NCBI GenBank assembly: GCA_963725595.1
Contig: CAVRYT010000001.1
Location: 248,032 to 312,031, forward strand
Direction: 5' to 3'
Length of the DNA stretch: 64,000 bases
Origin: an uncultured Thermoleophilia bacterium
GTDB taxonomy: Bacteria > Actinomycetota > Thermoleophilia > Gaiellales > Gaiellaceae
Below, piece after piece: positions 30,126 to 41,911 of this stretch. The position numbers and the translations under genes are program-made. Positions within the stretch are counted from its first letter, which is position 1, and each line of letters opens with the position of its first letter. The notes beneath the pieces are model-generated. The model was not told the DNA's origin. It did not search any database and saw nothing but the letters and a program-made list of their open reading frames with translations.

Positions 30126-31540
30126 GGACGTTCGCGGATCCCGGCGAGGCCGATCAGACCGCCGGCGCCCACGAGCGCGGCGGTGATCGCCATCGCGAGC
30201 CGGAAGCCGGACAGGTCGAGCCGATTGCCCGCGCCGGCCACCGACGCGCCGACCACGGCGATCCCGAGCAGGCCGGCCACCCGCGCGACCGCGTTGTTGA
30301 CGCCGCTCGCGATCCCGGCGTCACTCTTGCCCGCGTCCGCCAGGACGGTCGCGGTGAGCGGGGCGACGATCATCGAGAGGCCGACGGAGAAGGCGAGCAA
30401 CGGCGGCAGGAGCTCGATCCAGTAGGAGAAGCCGGGGCGGAGGCGCACGAGCGTGAGCAGCGCGCCGCCCGCGACGAGCGGGCCGACGCCCATGAAGACG
30501 CGCGGGCCGAAGCGCATCGACAGACGGCCGACACGCGGCGACAGGGTGAACATGACGATCGTGATCGGCAGCAGGGCGAGGCCGCTGCGAAGCGCGGAGT
30601 AGCCGGCGAGCTGTTGAACGAACAGCACGAGGAAGAAAGTGAGCGTCGAGAGGCCGGCGTAGACCGTCAGCGTCTCGAGGTTCGCGAAGGTGAAGTTGCG
30701 GCGCGAGAAGAGGTGCAGCGGCAGCATCGGCTCGGACGTCGTGCGCTCCCACCAGACGAAGGCGGCGAGCAGCACCAGACCGCCGGTGAGCGCCGCCAGG
30801 ATCGCAGGGTCGGCGAAGCCGCGCCGCGGCGCCTCGATCAGTGCGAACACCGGCCCACCGAGCCCGAGCGCGCAGAGCACGGCGCCGACGACGTCCACCC
30901 GGGGTCGCGGCCCCTCGCGCTCACGCTTCGGCACTGCGTAGGCGACGAGCAGCGCGGTCGCGATCGCGAACGGCACGTTGACGAGGAAGACCCAGCGCCA
31001 CGACGCATTGGTGACGAGCCAGCCTCCGACCAGCGGGCCGATCACGAAGGCGACCCCGGTCCAGGCGGTCCACGTCCCGACCGCTGCACCGCGCTCCTCG
31101 CCCGAGAACGTGCTCGCGATCACCGCGAGACCGGCCGGCGTCAGTGCCGCGCCTGCGATCCCCTGCAGCCCGCGCGCGAGGATGAGCGTCGTCCCGTCCG
31201 GCGCCGCGGCGCAGACGATCGACGTCGCCCCGAAGGCGAGGATGCCGACGAGGAAGACCTTGCGGCCGCCGAAGAGGTCGCCGAGCGAGCCGCCGACGAG
31301 CAGCAGCGAGCCGAGCGTCAGCAGGTACGCGTCGACGATCCACTGTTGCAGCGCGAGGCCGCCGCCCAGGTCGCGCTGGATCGCGGGAAGTGCAACGTTC
31401 ACGACCGTCGAGTCGACGAACACGATGACCGATCCGAGGATGCAGGCCACCAACACGAGGCGGTTGCGTTGCTCGGGCGACAGGTGTTCGATACTCGCAG
31501 ACCGAAGGAGGCTCGCGATGAGCACGTACCAGATCGTCAA
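30122..31540 (-). CDS. MFS transporter, DHA2 (14-TM, EmrB/QacA-like) type
   Basis: 472-aa polytopic protein with LSPEQRNRLVLVA..., GGSLGDLFGGRKVFL. The start may lie downstream of 31540, because that start overlaps the divergent cupin gene. Confidence 0.85.
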   Translation of the reverse strand: MTIWYVLIASLLRSASIEHLSPEQRNRLVLVACILGSVIVFVDSTVVNVALPAIQRDLGGGLALQQWIVDAYLLTLGSLLLVGGSLGDLFGGRKVFLVGILAFGATSIVCAAAPDGTTLILARGLQGIAGAALTPAGLAVIASTFSGEERGAAVGTWTAWTGVAFVIGPLVGGWLVTNASWRWVFLVNVPFAIATALLVAYAVPKREREGPRPRVDVVGAVLCALGLGGPVFALIEAPRRGFADPAILAALTGGLVLLAAFVWWERTTSEPMLPLHLFSRRNFTFANLETLTVYAGLSTLTFFLVLFVQQLAGYSALRSGLALLPITIVMFTLSPRVGRLSMRFGPRVFMGVGPLVAGGALLTLVRLRPGFSYWIELLPPLLAFSVGLSMIVAPLTATVLADAGKSDAGIASGVNNAVARVAGLLGIAVVGASVAGAGNRLDLSGFRLAMAITAALVGAGGLIGLAGIRERP

Positions 31541-31910
31541 GCTCGACGATGTCGACGACTGGCTGGGCGACTACCCCGGCGAGATGCGCGGCATCACCTA
31601 CGCGATCGGCGCCGAGCAGGTCGCGATCACGTACCGGCGCATGCCCCAGCACACCGGCAGCAAGGGGTCGTATGGGCACCGCCATCGCACCCAGGAGGAG
31701 ATCTACTTCGTCGTCTCCGGCCGCCTCCAGTTCAAGCTGGGAGACGACCTCGTCGAGCTGGGGAGGCACGAGGCGGTGCGCATCCCGCCCGACACCCTCC
31801 GCGGCGTCTGGAACGACGAAGCGGAGGATGCCGAGCTGATCATCGTCTCGCCCCGGATCGAGGATCCGATGGGGGACGTCGAGACGGTCGACGGCTTCTG
31901 GCCCGAGTAG
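31518..31910 (+). CDS. cupin domain protein
   Basis: ATG 31518 after GAAGGAGG. HRHRTQEEIYFVVSG, AVRIPP. Confidence 0.7.
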   Translation: MSTYQIVKLDDVDDWLGDYPGEMRGITYAIGAEQVAITYRRMPQHTGSKGSYGHRHRTQEEIYFVVSGRLQFKLGDDLVELGRHEAVRIPPDTLRGVWNDEAEDAELIIVSPRIEDPMGDVETVDGFWPE

Positions 31911-31913
31911 GGC

Positions 31914-32024
31914 CTAGTTGCCGCGAGGAGACGGTGGCCGCCGGGGGAGCCGGCGGCCGCGCAGGGTCTCGACGTGCGCGCTGGTCACGAGCTTGACGCT
32001 GAACGGGTCGGAGAGCCGCATCAT
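31914..32024 (-). CDS. candidate 36-aa small ORF divergent from marR (not in the ORF track)
   Basis: AGGAG, 7 nt, then ATGATG. MMRLSDPFSVKLVTSAHVETLRGRRLPRRPPSPRGN*. G/C-rich third positions. No homology evidence. Confidence 0.25.
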   Translation of the reverse strand: MMRLSDPFSVKLVTSAHVETLRGRRLPRRPPSPRGN

Positions 32025-32058
32025 TGGGTCGCTCCTCTCAGTCTCTCGCTCTCGAATA

Positions 32059-32102
32059 TCTTGATATCGAGAGACTAGCAGTCGAACATCTTGACGTCAA
32101 GA
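32059..32102. promoter_or_regulatory. two 14-bp palindromic boxes, candidate MarR operators
   Basis: TCTTGATATCGAGA (32059-32072) and the perfect palindrome TCTTGACGTCAAGA (32089-32102), 30 bp centre to centre, in an AT-richer divergent intergenic region. Confidence 0.45.
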
Positions 32103-32125
32103 GAATTTCGAGACATGATGTGCAC

Positions 32126-32647
32126 GTGACCGAAGATCACGTCGATCGTTTCCTGCAGCGCCTCGAGGACCTTTCGCGCGACACGGACCTCGATCTCGAG
32201 GTCGAAGGGATCGTCGACCGGATCGCGGGCATCTCGCGCCGCGTCAAGCGCGCGATGGAGGTGACGCTGTCCGAGCACGGGCTCACGCACCCGGAGTGGG
32301 AGGTGCTCGGCAAGCTCAGGCTCTCGGACGCGCAGCGGAGCTCGCCCGGCGAGCTCGCGGAGGAGGTCGAGGTGTCGAGCGGCGCGATGACGAGCCGGCT
32401 CGACCGGCTCGAGCACGCCGGTCTCGTCCGGCGCGCTCCCGACCCCGCCGACCGGCGCGGGGTGCTCGTCGAGCTCACGCCCGCCGGCAAGGAGGCCTAC
32501 GACGCGGCGGTGAACGTGCAGGCCCGCAAGGAGGCGTTCTTCGCCTCGGCGCTGACGAAGGCGGAGCAGCGGAAGCTCAACGACCTGCTGCGGAAGCTGA
32601 TGCTCGCGTTCGAGGAGCGCGAGCGGGCCGAGAAGACCGCCGGCTAA
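32126..32647 (+). CDS. MarR family transcriptional regulator
   Basis: Winged-helix region: LTHPEWEVLGKL, PGELAEEVEVSSGAMTSRLDRLEHAGLVRR, DRRGVLVELTPAG. GTG 32126 or 32120 is chosen so the palindromes stay upstream. Confidence 0.85.
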   Translation: MTEDHVDRFLQRLEDLSRDTDLDLEVEGIVDRIAGISRRVKRAMEVTLSEHGLTHPEWEVLGKLRLSDAQRSSPGELAEEVEVSSGAMTSRLDRLEHAGLVRRAPDPADRRGVLVELTPAGKEAYDAAVNVQARKEAFFASALTKAEQRKLNDLLRKLMLAFEERERAEKTAG

Positions 32648-33726
32648 CGCGGCCCCGTGCGCAGGCCGGCGTCGCCGCTACGCGCGCCGAGCCGGTGGAA
32701 CGGTTCCGGCTCGCGTCCTCCCACGATGCAGTCGGCCGCGTACTCGGCGAGCGCAGGCCCGTGCTTGAAGCTGTGCCCGGAGCCGCCGCCGACGAGCCAC
32801 CAGTCGCCGCGCTCGGGATGGCGGTCGACGAGGAAGTGCGTGTCGGTCGTCAGGTCGTACTGGCAGACGCGGGCGCCGACGAGCGGAGCAGCGGCGAGCG
32901 GCGGGAACCGCTCGGCGGCGTAGCGCCGCGCGTCGTCGAGCCGCGCCGCCGACGGGACCCGCTCGAGCGTCTCAGGGTCGATCGCCGGCCCAGGGAGGTC
33001 CGGGCAGATCTTCACGCCCAGCCCGGCGACGTCGCCGTGCCCGTAGAAGCCGGCGTCGTACTCGACAAAGCCCGGCGCGCCGTTCCACTCGGCCCGGGCG
33101 CCGAAGAGGAAGACATCGCGGCGCGAGACCGCGATGTCGACCACGCCGGGGAAGAGCGACGGCAGCCATGCGCCGCAGGCCCAGACGACCACATCCGCCT
33201 CCGGCGGGCGGCCGGCGTCGACCCGCGCGGTCTCGAGGACTGCGCCGCGCCTCGCGGCGTCAGCCGCGAGCAGCTGCGTCGCGGCGCGCGCGTGCAGGAC
33301 GCCGGCGCCGGGCTCCCAGAGGACGGCTGCGAGGCCGTCCGGGCGGAGCGACGGGAAGAGACTGCGTGCGTCTTCCGCCGCGAGCCACTCGTGCTCGACT
33401 CCGAGCCGCTCGAGCACCGGCCTGCTCTCGGCCTCGAAGCCGTCGGGTCGGCGTGCGAGCCAGGCGAGCCCGACGGGCTCCCAGATCCGTGCTCTGCTCT
33501 CCTCTTGCAGCTCGAGCCAGAGCGCGAGTGCACGCAGCGAGCTCGCCGCGTACCACTCCTCGCCGCCGTGCGCCACTCGCAGCAGGCGGGTGTCGCCGCC
33601 CGATGCCGACCGCACCGTTCCCGGCCGGTGCTGCTCGTGGAGCGTCACGCGGAAGCCGCGGCCGGCGAGCTCCCGCGCGAGCGCGGCGCCCGTGACGCCG
33701 CCGCCGACGACTGCGGCGGTCTCCAC
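32644..33726 (-). CDS. FAD-dependent oxidoreductase, DAO/MSOX (sarcosine / N-methyltryptophan oxidase-like) family
   Basis: Dinucleotide fold VVGGGVTGAALARELAGRG. C-terminal GGSGHSFKHGP. GTG 33726 directly abuts the trpA stop. Confidence 0.75.
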   Translation of the reverse strand: METAAVVGGGVTGAALARELAGRGFRVTLHEQHRPGTVRSASGGDTRLLRVAHGGEEWYAASSLRALALWLELQEESRARIWEPVGLAWLARRPDGFEAESRPVLERLGVEHEWLAAEDARSLFPSLRPDGLAAVLWEPGAGVLHARAATQLLAADAARRGAVLETARVDAGRPPEADVVVWACGAWLPSLFPGVVDIAVSRRDVFLFGARAEWNGAPGFVEYDAGFYGHGDVAGLGVKICPDLPGPAIDPETLERVPSAARLDDARRYAAERFPPLAAAPLVGARVCQYDLTTDTHFLVDRHPERGDWWLVGGGSGHSFKHGPALAEYAADCIVGGREPEPFHRLGARSGDAGLRTGPR

Positions 33727-34436
33727 CTAAGCGACTGCCCCGGGCGCGTCGAGGCCGGCGCGGAGCGAGCCGACGAGCTCGGCGAGCGCCGCCGGTCCCT
33801 GCTCGGCCGCCTCCACCGCGCGCGAGCCGACGACGATCCCGTCCACGAGCTCGGCCGCGGCGCGCGCGTGCTCCGCGGTCGAGATGCCGAAGCCCGCGCG
33901 CAGCGGGAGCCGGGTCAGCGCGCGCGCACGCTCGACGAGCGGCGCGAGCGTCGGGGCGAGCTCGGCGCGCGCCCCCGTCGTCCCGGTCACCGTGACGAGG
34001 TACAGCCAGCCGTCCGTCGCTGCCGCCGCGAGTGCGATCCGCTCGTCGGTCGAGCTCGGTGCGACGAGCTGGATGCGCCGTAGCTCGGACCGTCCGTCCG
34101 CGGGCAGGTCGGCGACGATGAACGACGTCGCCCCCGCTGCGCGCGCGTCGCGCTCCAGCCGCTCCCACCCGTAGGCGTCGAAGATCGAGGCGTACGTCAT
34201 CGGGACGAGCGGGACGTCGACGAGCGCACGTGTCTCGGCGAGCACCTCCAGGCAGCGTGCGGTGCGCATGCCGGCGGCGAGCGCGCGCTCGCCGGCCCGC
34301 CGGATCACGGGGCCGTCGGCCAGCGGGTCCGAGAACGGGAAGCCGATCTCGACGACGTCCGCGCCCGCCTCGACCGCGGCCTTCGCGAGCGCCGGCGTGT
34401 CGGGCATCGCCATCAGGTAGACGACCAGGGCTTTGC

Positions 34437-34440
<4 letters not shown>
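33727..34440 (-). CDS. trpA: tryptophan synthase alpha chain
   Basis: [28 protein letters not shown] 34440 overlaps the trpB stop (GTGA). Confidence 0.9.
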
Positions 34441-35563
<1,123 letters not shown>

Positions 35564-35567
<4 letters not shown>

Positions 35568-36715
35568 CTCGCTGCCTCCACCCATCGCCTGATCGCCTCG
35601 TGGTCCTTGATCCCGGCGGCGCTCTCGGTCGACCGCGCCGAGTCGACCGCCCACGGCCGCACGGCGGCGATCGCGGCCGCGACGTTGTCCGGCGCGAGCC
35701 CGCCGGCGAGCATCACCCTGCCCTCGGTCGCGCGGGCCCGCTGCAGGTGCGACGGGTCGTCCTCGCCCCACGGCAGGTCGATCACCGTGCCGACCCGCTC
35801 GCCGCCCCGGAGGAGCGCTGCGTCCCGTGAGCGGTGGCCGTTCTCGCGACCGTACAGCTGGACGACATCGGCCTCGGTGTCCTGCAGTTCGCCGACGAAC
35901 ACGGCCACTCGCAACACCTCGGGCGGAGCGTCCAGGAGACCAGCCGCGCGGCGCGGGCTCTCGTCGGCGAGGATGAAGCCGACCAGGTCGGCACCCGCCT
36001 CGACGGCGGCGTCGACGTCCTCCTGGCGCGTCAGGCCGCACACCTTGACGAGCGGCCGCCGGAGGAGCTCGGCCAGCTTCTCCCCGGGATCGGGGGCCCG
36101 CATCAGCGCCGACCCGGCGAGGATCGCGTTCGCGCCCGCGAGCTCCGCGGCGGCCACGTGCGCCCTCGTCTCGATCCCGGACTCGGCGATCACGACCCGG
36201 TCGCGCGGTGCGCGCGAGACGAGCTCGAGCTGCCCGGTCCTGTCGATTGCGAACGTGGAGAGGTCGCGGGCGTTCACGCCGACGATCGGGGCCTCCAGAG
36301 CGACGGCCCGTTCGAGCTCGGTGCCGTCGTGGGCCTCGACGAGGGTGTCGAGGCGAAGCTCGCGTGCAACGGCGAGCAGCCCGGCGACCTCGCTGTCGTC
36401 GAGATCGCGCAGCAGGAGGAGGACGGCGTCCGCGCCGGCCTCGCGCGCCGACTCGAGGTGGGCGCGCGTGGAGAAGAAGCCCTTCGCGAGGAGGGGCAGC
36501 GCCGTCGCCCAACGGGCGGCGCGGAGGTCGTCCCACGTGCCGCCGAAGCGTTCGTCGACGAGCACCGACATCGCGCGCGCACCGGCGGCCTCGTACGCGC
36601 GGGCGACGGCGCCGACGTCCCCGGCGGGCCGCAGGTCGCCGGCCGACGGAGAGCGGCGCTTGAACTCCGCGATCGCGCCGAATCCGGGCTCCGACAGCGC
36701 GTCGAGGAGCCTCAT
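35564..36715 (-). CDS. trpCF: bifunctional indole-3-glycerol-phosphate synthase / phosphoribosylanthranilate isomerase
   Basis: IGPS part ([27 protein letters not shown]) fused to a PRAI part (VKVCGLT, DLVGFI, MLAGGL). Confidence 0.85.
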
Positions 36716-37727
36716 GTCGGCGCCTCGTGTGTGAATGCCGCGAGCTGCTCCAGGCGCTCGGCGGCCGCTCCCGAGTCGACGGCGGCGCGCGCCAACTCGA
36801 GCCCTTCCCGCAGGTCCTCCGCGTGGCCGCCGGCCGCGATCGCCCCCGCCGCGTTCAGGAGGATCGCCGAGCGGCGGCCGCCGTCGGCGCCGCGAAACAC
36901 GTCCCGGATCGCCGCCGCATTCTCGGCCGCTGAGCCGCCGCGGAGCTCCAGCGGGTCGCAGCGGGGAACGCCGAGCTCGAGCGGGTCGATCTCCCGTTCA
37001 TGGAGCGATCCGTCCACGACCTCGCACACCAGGTTCGGGCCGGCCGGCGAGAGCTCGTCGATCCCGAAGGCACCGTGGACGACGAACGCCCGCCGGGCGC
37101 CCAGGCGGGCGAGCACAGCGGCGATCGTCTGCACGAGCGTCGGGGAGTACACGCCGACCACCTGTGCCCGCGCGCCCGCCGGGTTCGTCAGCGGGCCGAG
37201 GACGTTGAAGACGGTGCGGGCGGCGAGCTCGCGGCGCACCGGTGCAGCGTGCCGCATCGCCGGGTGGTGGGTCGGCGCGAACATGAACCCGAAGCCGAGC
37301 TGGTCGATCGAGCACGCGATCCGCTCCGGCGGCAGGTCGAGGTCGAACCCGAGCTCCTCGAGCACGTCGGCCGAGCCCGTCTGCGACGACACGGAGCGGT
37401 TGCCGTGCTTGGCGACGTGCGCGCCCGCCGCTGCCGCGACGAGGGCGGCGGCGGTCGAGATGTTGAAGGTCTTGCCGCCGTCGCCACCGGTGCCGGCCGT
37501 ATCGACCAGGTCGTCGCTCGCAGGTCGGACCGGGACGACGTGGTCGCGCATGCCCTCGGCGCAGCCCGCGATCTCGTCGGCCGTCTCACCCTTCAGGCGC
37601 AGTGCGACGAGGAAGCCGCCGATCTGTGCCGGCGTCGCGTCGCCCGACATGATCTCGTTCATCACCGTCCGCGCCTCGTCGCGCGTCATGTCGTGGCCGT
37701 CGAGCAGCCGGGCGAGCACTTCCTTGA

Positions 37728-37731
<4 letters not shown>
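36712..37731 (-). CDS. trpD: anthranilate phosphoribosyltransferase
   Basis: [26 protein letters not shown]. Confidence 0.9.
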
Positions 37732-38290
<559 letters not shown>

Positions 38291-38294
<4 letters not shown>

Positions 38295-39523
38295 GACCGC
38301 GCCTCCGCCAGGTCGAGAGCCGTCTCGAGGGCGGCGAGCTTGCGCAGGCACTCCTCGTGCTCGGCCCTCGGATCGCTCTCGGCGACGATGCCGGCGCCCG
38401 CCTGCAGGAGGGCGACGCCGTCGTGCAGCACGACCGTCCGGATCGCGATGCAGGCGTCGAGGGGGCCGCCGGGCAGCGAGTACAGCACCGCCCCGGCGTA
38501 GGGCCCCCGCCGGAAGCCCTCGAGCTCGGAGATGATCTGCATGGCGCGCACCTTCGGCGCCCCCGAGACCGTGCCGGCGGGGAAGGTCGCGCGCAGGAGG
38601 TCGAACGGCGACACGTCCGTGCGCAGCTCGCCCACGACCTCGGAGACGAGATGCGTGATGTGCGAGAACCGCTCGGCCTCGAGGAACCGCGCGACCCTCA
38701 CGGTGCCGGGCAGGCACACGCGCGAGAGGTCGTTGCGGCCGAGGTCGACGAGCATCACGTGCTCCGCGCGATCCTTTTCCGACGCGAGCAGCCGTTCGGC
38801 GTCGCCCGCCCCTGGAATCGTCGACCCGGCGATCGGGTTCACCGACGCGGTGCCGCCCTCCTGCTTGACGAGCGTCTCCGGCGACGACCCGACCAACGAG
38901 ATGCCGTCGAGCTCGAGCAGGAAGAGGTACGGGGAGGGATTGACGCGGCGCAGCTCGCGGTAGAGGCCGACCGCCGAGACGTCGGTGCGCCGCTCCGCCC
39001 GCTGGGAGAGGACGATCTGAAAGGCGTCGCCGCGGCGGATGTGCTCCTTGCATGCTCCGACGCCGCGCTCGTATGCCCTCTGGTCGGGGCTGCGTCGAAC
39101 CGGGCCGCGCCGCGTCCCCGACGACGGCGGCACCGGCGGCACGGTCCCGCGCAGCAGGTGCCCGACGTCGTCGGCGTCGCCGACGAGCACCTCGGCGATG
39201 CCACGGGCGTGGTCGAAGCGGACGAGCACGTCGGCGACGACGAAGCGGCTCTCCGGCAGCCCGGGCCCCGCCTCCGGCAGCGGCACCGTGGGCTCGAGGA
39301 CCGCGACGTGGTCGTAGCCGAGGTAGCCGACGACCGGTTCGTCGAGCTCCTCTGCCTCGGCGAACGAGACGAGCCGGTCGCCGCAGCCGACGAACGAGTG
39401 CCGCCCGAGCCGTCCCTGCTCCACCGATTCGAGCAGAAAGGACGCACGGCCCGTCGCGCGCAGGTGCAGGTAGGCCGCGAGCGGCGTCAGCAAGTCGGTG
39501 TCGAGCGTGGCAGCGATCTTCAT
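38291..39523 (-). CDS. trpE: anthranilate synthase component I (compact, 410 aa)
   Basis: FLLESVEQG, NPSPYLF, GTVSGAPK, RGPYAGAV. Confidence 0.9.
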
Positions 39524-39532
39524 CGGATTACG

Positions 39533-39553
39533 AAAAACGACCCTTTCGGGTCG
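39533..39553 (-). terminator. candidate trp attenuator terminator
   Basis: Minus strand CGACCC-GAAA-GGGTCG followed by TTTTT, ending 9 nt before the trpE ATG. Confidence 0.5.
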
Positions 39554-39588
39554 CCGGTGGAGCGGTGACGGGCTTTCTCCGCGCGATC

Positions 39589-39654
39589 CTACGCGCGGCT
39601 GCTCCCGCCCCGCTCGTGGCGCCAGGCCCAGCTCGTCGGGGTCGGGAGGTTCAT
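39589..39654 (-). CDS. trpL: candidate trp leader peptide (21 aa, two Trp codons)
   Basis: MNLPTPTSWAWRHERGGSSRA*. The stop lies inside hairpin CCGCGCG-TAGGAT-CGCGCGG. Sits upstream of the attenuator-like terminator. SD is weak or distant. Confidence 0.45.
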   Translation of the reverse strand: MNLPTPTSWAWRHERGGSSRA

Positions 39655-39682
39655 CACGGCCAGGTTAGGGGCTCCTGCTTCA

Positions 39683-40748
39683 ATGCGCAAGCCGATGGCT
39701 CTGCCCGCCCTCCTGGAATCGCTGCTCCGCGCCGCCGGCCCGTCGGGCCACGAGGACGAGGCGGCCGCCGTCTGGCGCGAGGCGGCCGCTGCGTTCGCCG
39801 TGGTGAGCTCCGACACGCTCGGCAACTCGTTCGCGCGGGTGCCGGCGACCGAGGGGGCGCCGACGCTCGCCGTGGTCGGCCACATCGACGAGATCGGCGT
39901 GGTCGTCACGCACGTCGAGGAGAGCGGCCTGCTGGCCTTCACGACGATCGGCGGCATCTCACCGGAGGCGCTCAGCGGTCAGCGCGTCGAGCTCCTGACG
40001 CGCGCTGGGCGCGTTCCCGGCACGATCGCGCGCAAGCGGCTGAGGCCGGAGCAGCTGCGCGACCGCCCGAAGCTGGAGCACTCGGACCTCCACATCGATA
40101 TCGGAGCCGCGAGCCGAGACGAGGCCGAGCGCCTGGTCCGCGTCGGCGACGCCGGCGTCTGGCTCGGGCCTCCGGTCGAGCTGCCCGGGAACCGCCTGCT
40201 CTCGAAGGCGCTCGACAACCGCCTCGGTGCGTACATCGCGCTCGAGGCGGCCCGCCGCATCGCCGAGCATGGCGGTGCCGAGGTGGACGTCGTCGCAGTC
40301 GCGGCGGTGCAGGAGGAGATCGGCCCCTTCGGTGCCCGCACCGCGGCCTTCGGGCTCGATCCGCAGGTGGCGCTCGCGATCGATGTCACCCCGGCGACCG
40401 ACGTCCCGGGCGGCGACCCGAGTCGCCAGGGACGCATCGAGCTCGGCCGTGGCGCGATGATCGCGCGCGGGCCGACGCTCAGTCCGCACGTCTCCGAGCT
40501 CCTCGGGGACGTTGCCGCAGCGCGAGGAGATCCCGCATGCGTTCGAGGTCTACTCCGCGAGCACGGCGACCGACGCCGATGAGCTCCACCCCGCCCGTGC
40601 CGGCATCCCGACGGGGCTCCTCTCGATCCCGACGCGCTATCTGCACAGCCCGAACGAGCTCTGCTCGCTCGAGGACGTCGAGGCGATCGTTCGGCTCGTC
40701 ACGGCGTTCGCGCTGGCCCTCAAGCGCGACCAGTCGTTCCTCCGCTAG
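39683..40748 (+). pseudogene. M42 family aminopeptidase/glucanase-like peptidase with one frameshift near 40490-40515
   Basis: N-terminal 275 aa in one frame (GHEDE, VVGHIDEIG, ALDNRLG). The C-terminal 78 aa (EEIPHAFEVY...TDADEL...IPTRYLHSPNE) are in the +1 frame. Confidence 0.75.
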
Positions 40749-40758
40749 CTTGGCGCCG

Positions 40759-41910
40759 ATGCCTCGCAGCGTGATCGTCAGCGCCGTCCGCACGCCGTTC
40801 GGCAAGCTCGGCGGCGGCCTCGCGGCCTACGAGGCACCGCAGCTCGGCGCCCTCGCGATCGCCGCAGCGCTCGGGCGAATCGGCGTCGAGCCCCACGAGC
40901 CGCAGTACGCGATCATCGGGCAGGTGCTGCAGGGAGGCGCCGGCCAGGCCCCGGCGCGACAGGCGGCGATCGGCGCGGGCCTGCCGGTCGAGACACCGGC
41001 CGACACGATCAACAAGGTCTGCGCCTCGTCGATCCGCGCGATCGAGATCGCGGACTCGATGATCCGTGCGGGCGACGTCGACGTCGTCGTCACCGGTGGC
41101 ATGGAGTCGATGACGAATGCGCCCTATCTCCTGAAGAAGGCGCGGCTCGGCTACCGCCTCGGTCACGGCGAGCTGCTGGACTCGATGATCTACGACGGGC
41201 TGACGTCCACGTTCGACGGGCTGCACATGGTCGCGCAGAACTCCATCGTCGCGCGCGAGCTCGGCATCTCCCGGGAGCAGCAGGACGAATGGGCAGCGCG
41301 CTCCCACCAGCGCGCCGCGTCGGCGCAGGACGAAGGGCGGTTCGCCGACGAGCTCGTGCCGGTCGGCGACCTCGACGTCGACGAGGGCGTCCGCCGTGAC
41401 ACCACGGTCGAGAAGCTCGCGAGCCTGAAGCCCGTGTTCGACCCCGAGGGGACGACGACGGCCGGCAACGCGCCCGGCGTGAACGACGGCGCGAGCTGCG
41501 TGGTCGTCTGCTCGGAAGCGTGGGCCCGCCGCCGCGGCCTCGAGCCGCTCGCGACGATCCTCTCCCAGGGATACGTCGCCGACGAGTTCGCCTATCTCGC
41601 GAGGACGCCGGCCGCCGCCGGTGCGCAGGCGCTCGCGAAGGCAGGAAAGACGATCGACGACGTGTCTCGCGTCGAGATCAACGAGGCCTTCGCCTCGGTC
41701 GCCCGGCACTCGACGAGGCTGCTCGGCGCCGACGAGGCGGTCGTCAACGTGAACGGCGGCGCGGTGGCGCTCGGCCACCCGATCGGAGCCTCGGGCGGCC
41801 GGATCGTCGCGACGATGGTGCACGAGTTGCGCCGCTCCGGCGGCGGCCTCGGCCTGGCCGCGATCTGCAGCGGCGGCGGCCAGGGCGACGCGCTGCTGAT
41901 CGACGTCTAG
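40759..41910 (+). CDS. acetyl-CoA C-acetyltransferase (thiolase II)
   Basis: VRTPFGKLGG, NKVCASS (active-site Cys), NVNGGAVALGHPIGASG, CSGGGQG. Confidence 0.9.
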   Translation: MPRSVIVSAVRTPFGKLGGGLAAYEAPQLGALAIAAALGRIGVEPHEPQYAIIGQVLQGGAGQAPARQAAIGAGLPVETPADTINKVCASSIRAIEIADSMIRAGDVDVVVTGGMESMTNAPYLLKKARLGYRLGHGELLDSMIYDGLTSTFDGLHMVAQNSIVARELGISREQQDEWAARSHQRAASAQDEGRFADELVPVGDLDVDEGVRRDTTVEKLASLKPVFDPEGTTTAGNAPGVNDGASCVVVCSEAWARRRGLEPLATILSQGYVADEFAYLARTPAAAGAQALAKAGKTIDDVSRVEINEAFASVARHSTRLLGADEAVVNVNGGAVALGHPIGASGGRIVATMVHELRRSGGGLGLAAICSGGGQGDALLIDV

Positions 41911-41911
41911 C

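Noticed and set aside
32024-32125. The TTG 32024 start for marR, as given in the ORF track (207 aa).
   Set aside because: It would translate through the AT-rich palindrome-containing promoter region (..LEYLDIERLAVEHLDVKRISRHDV..). MarR homology starts later, so GTG 32120 or 32126 is preferred.
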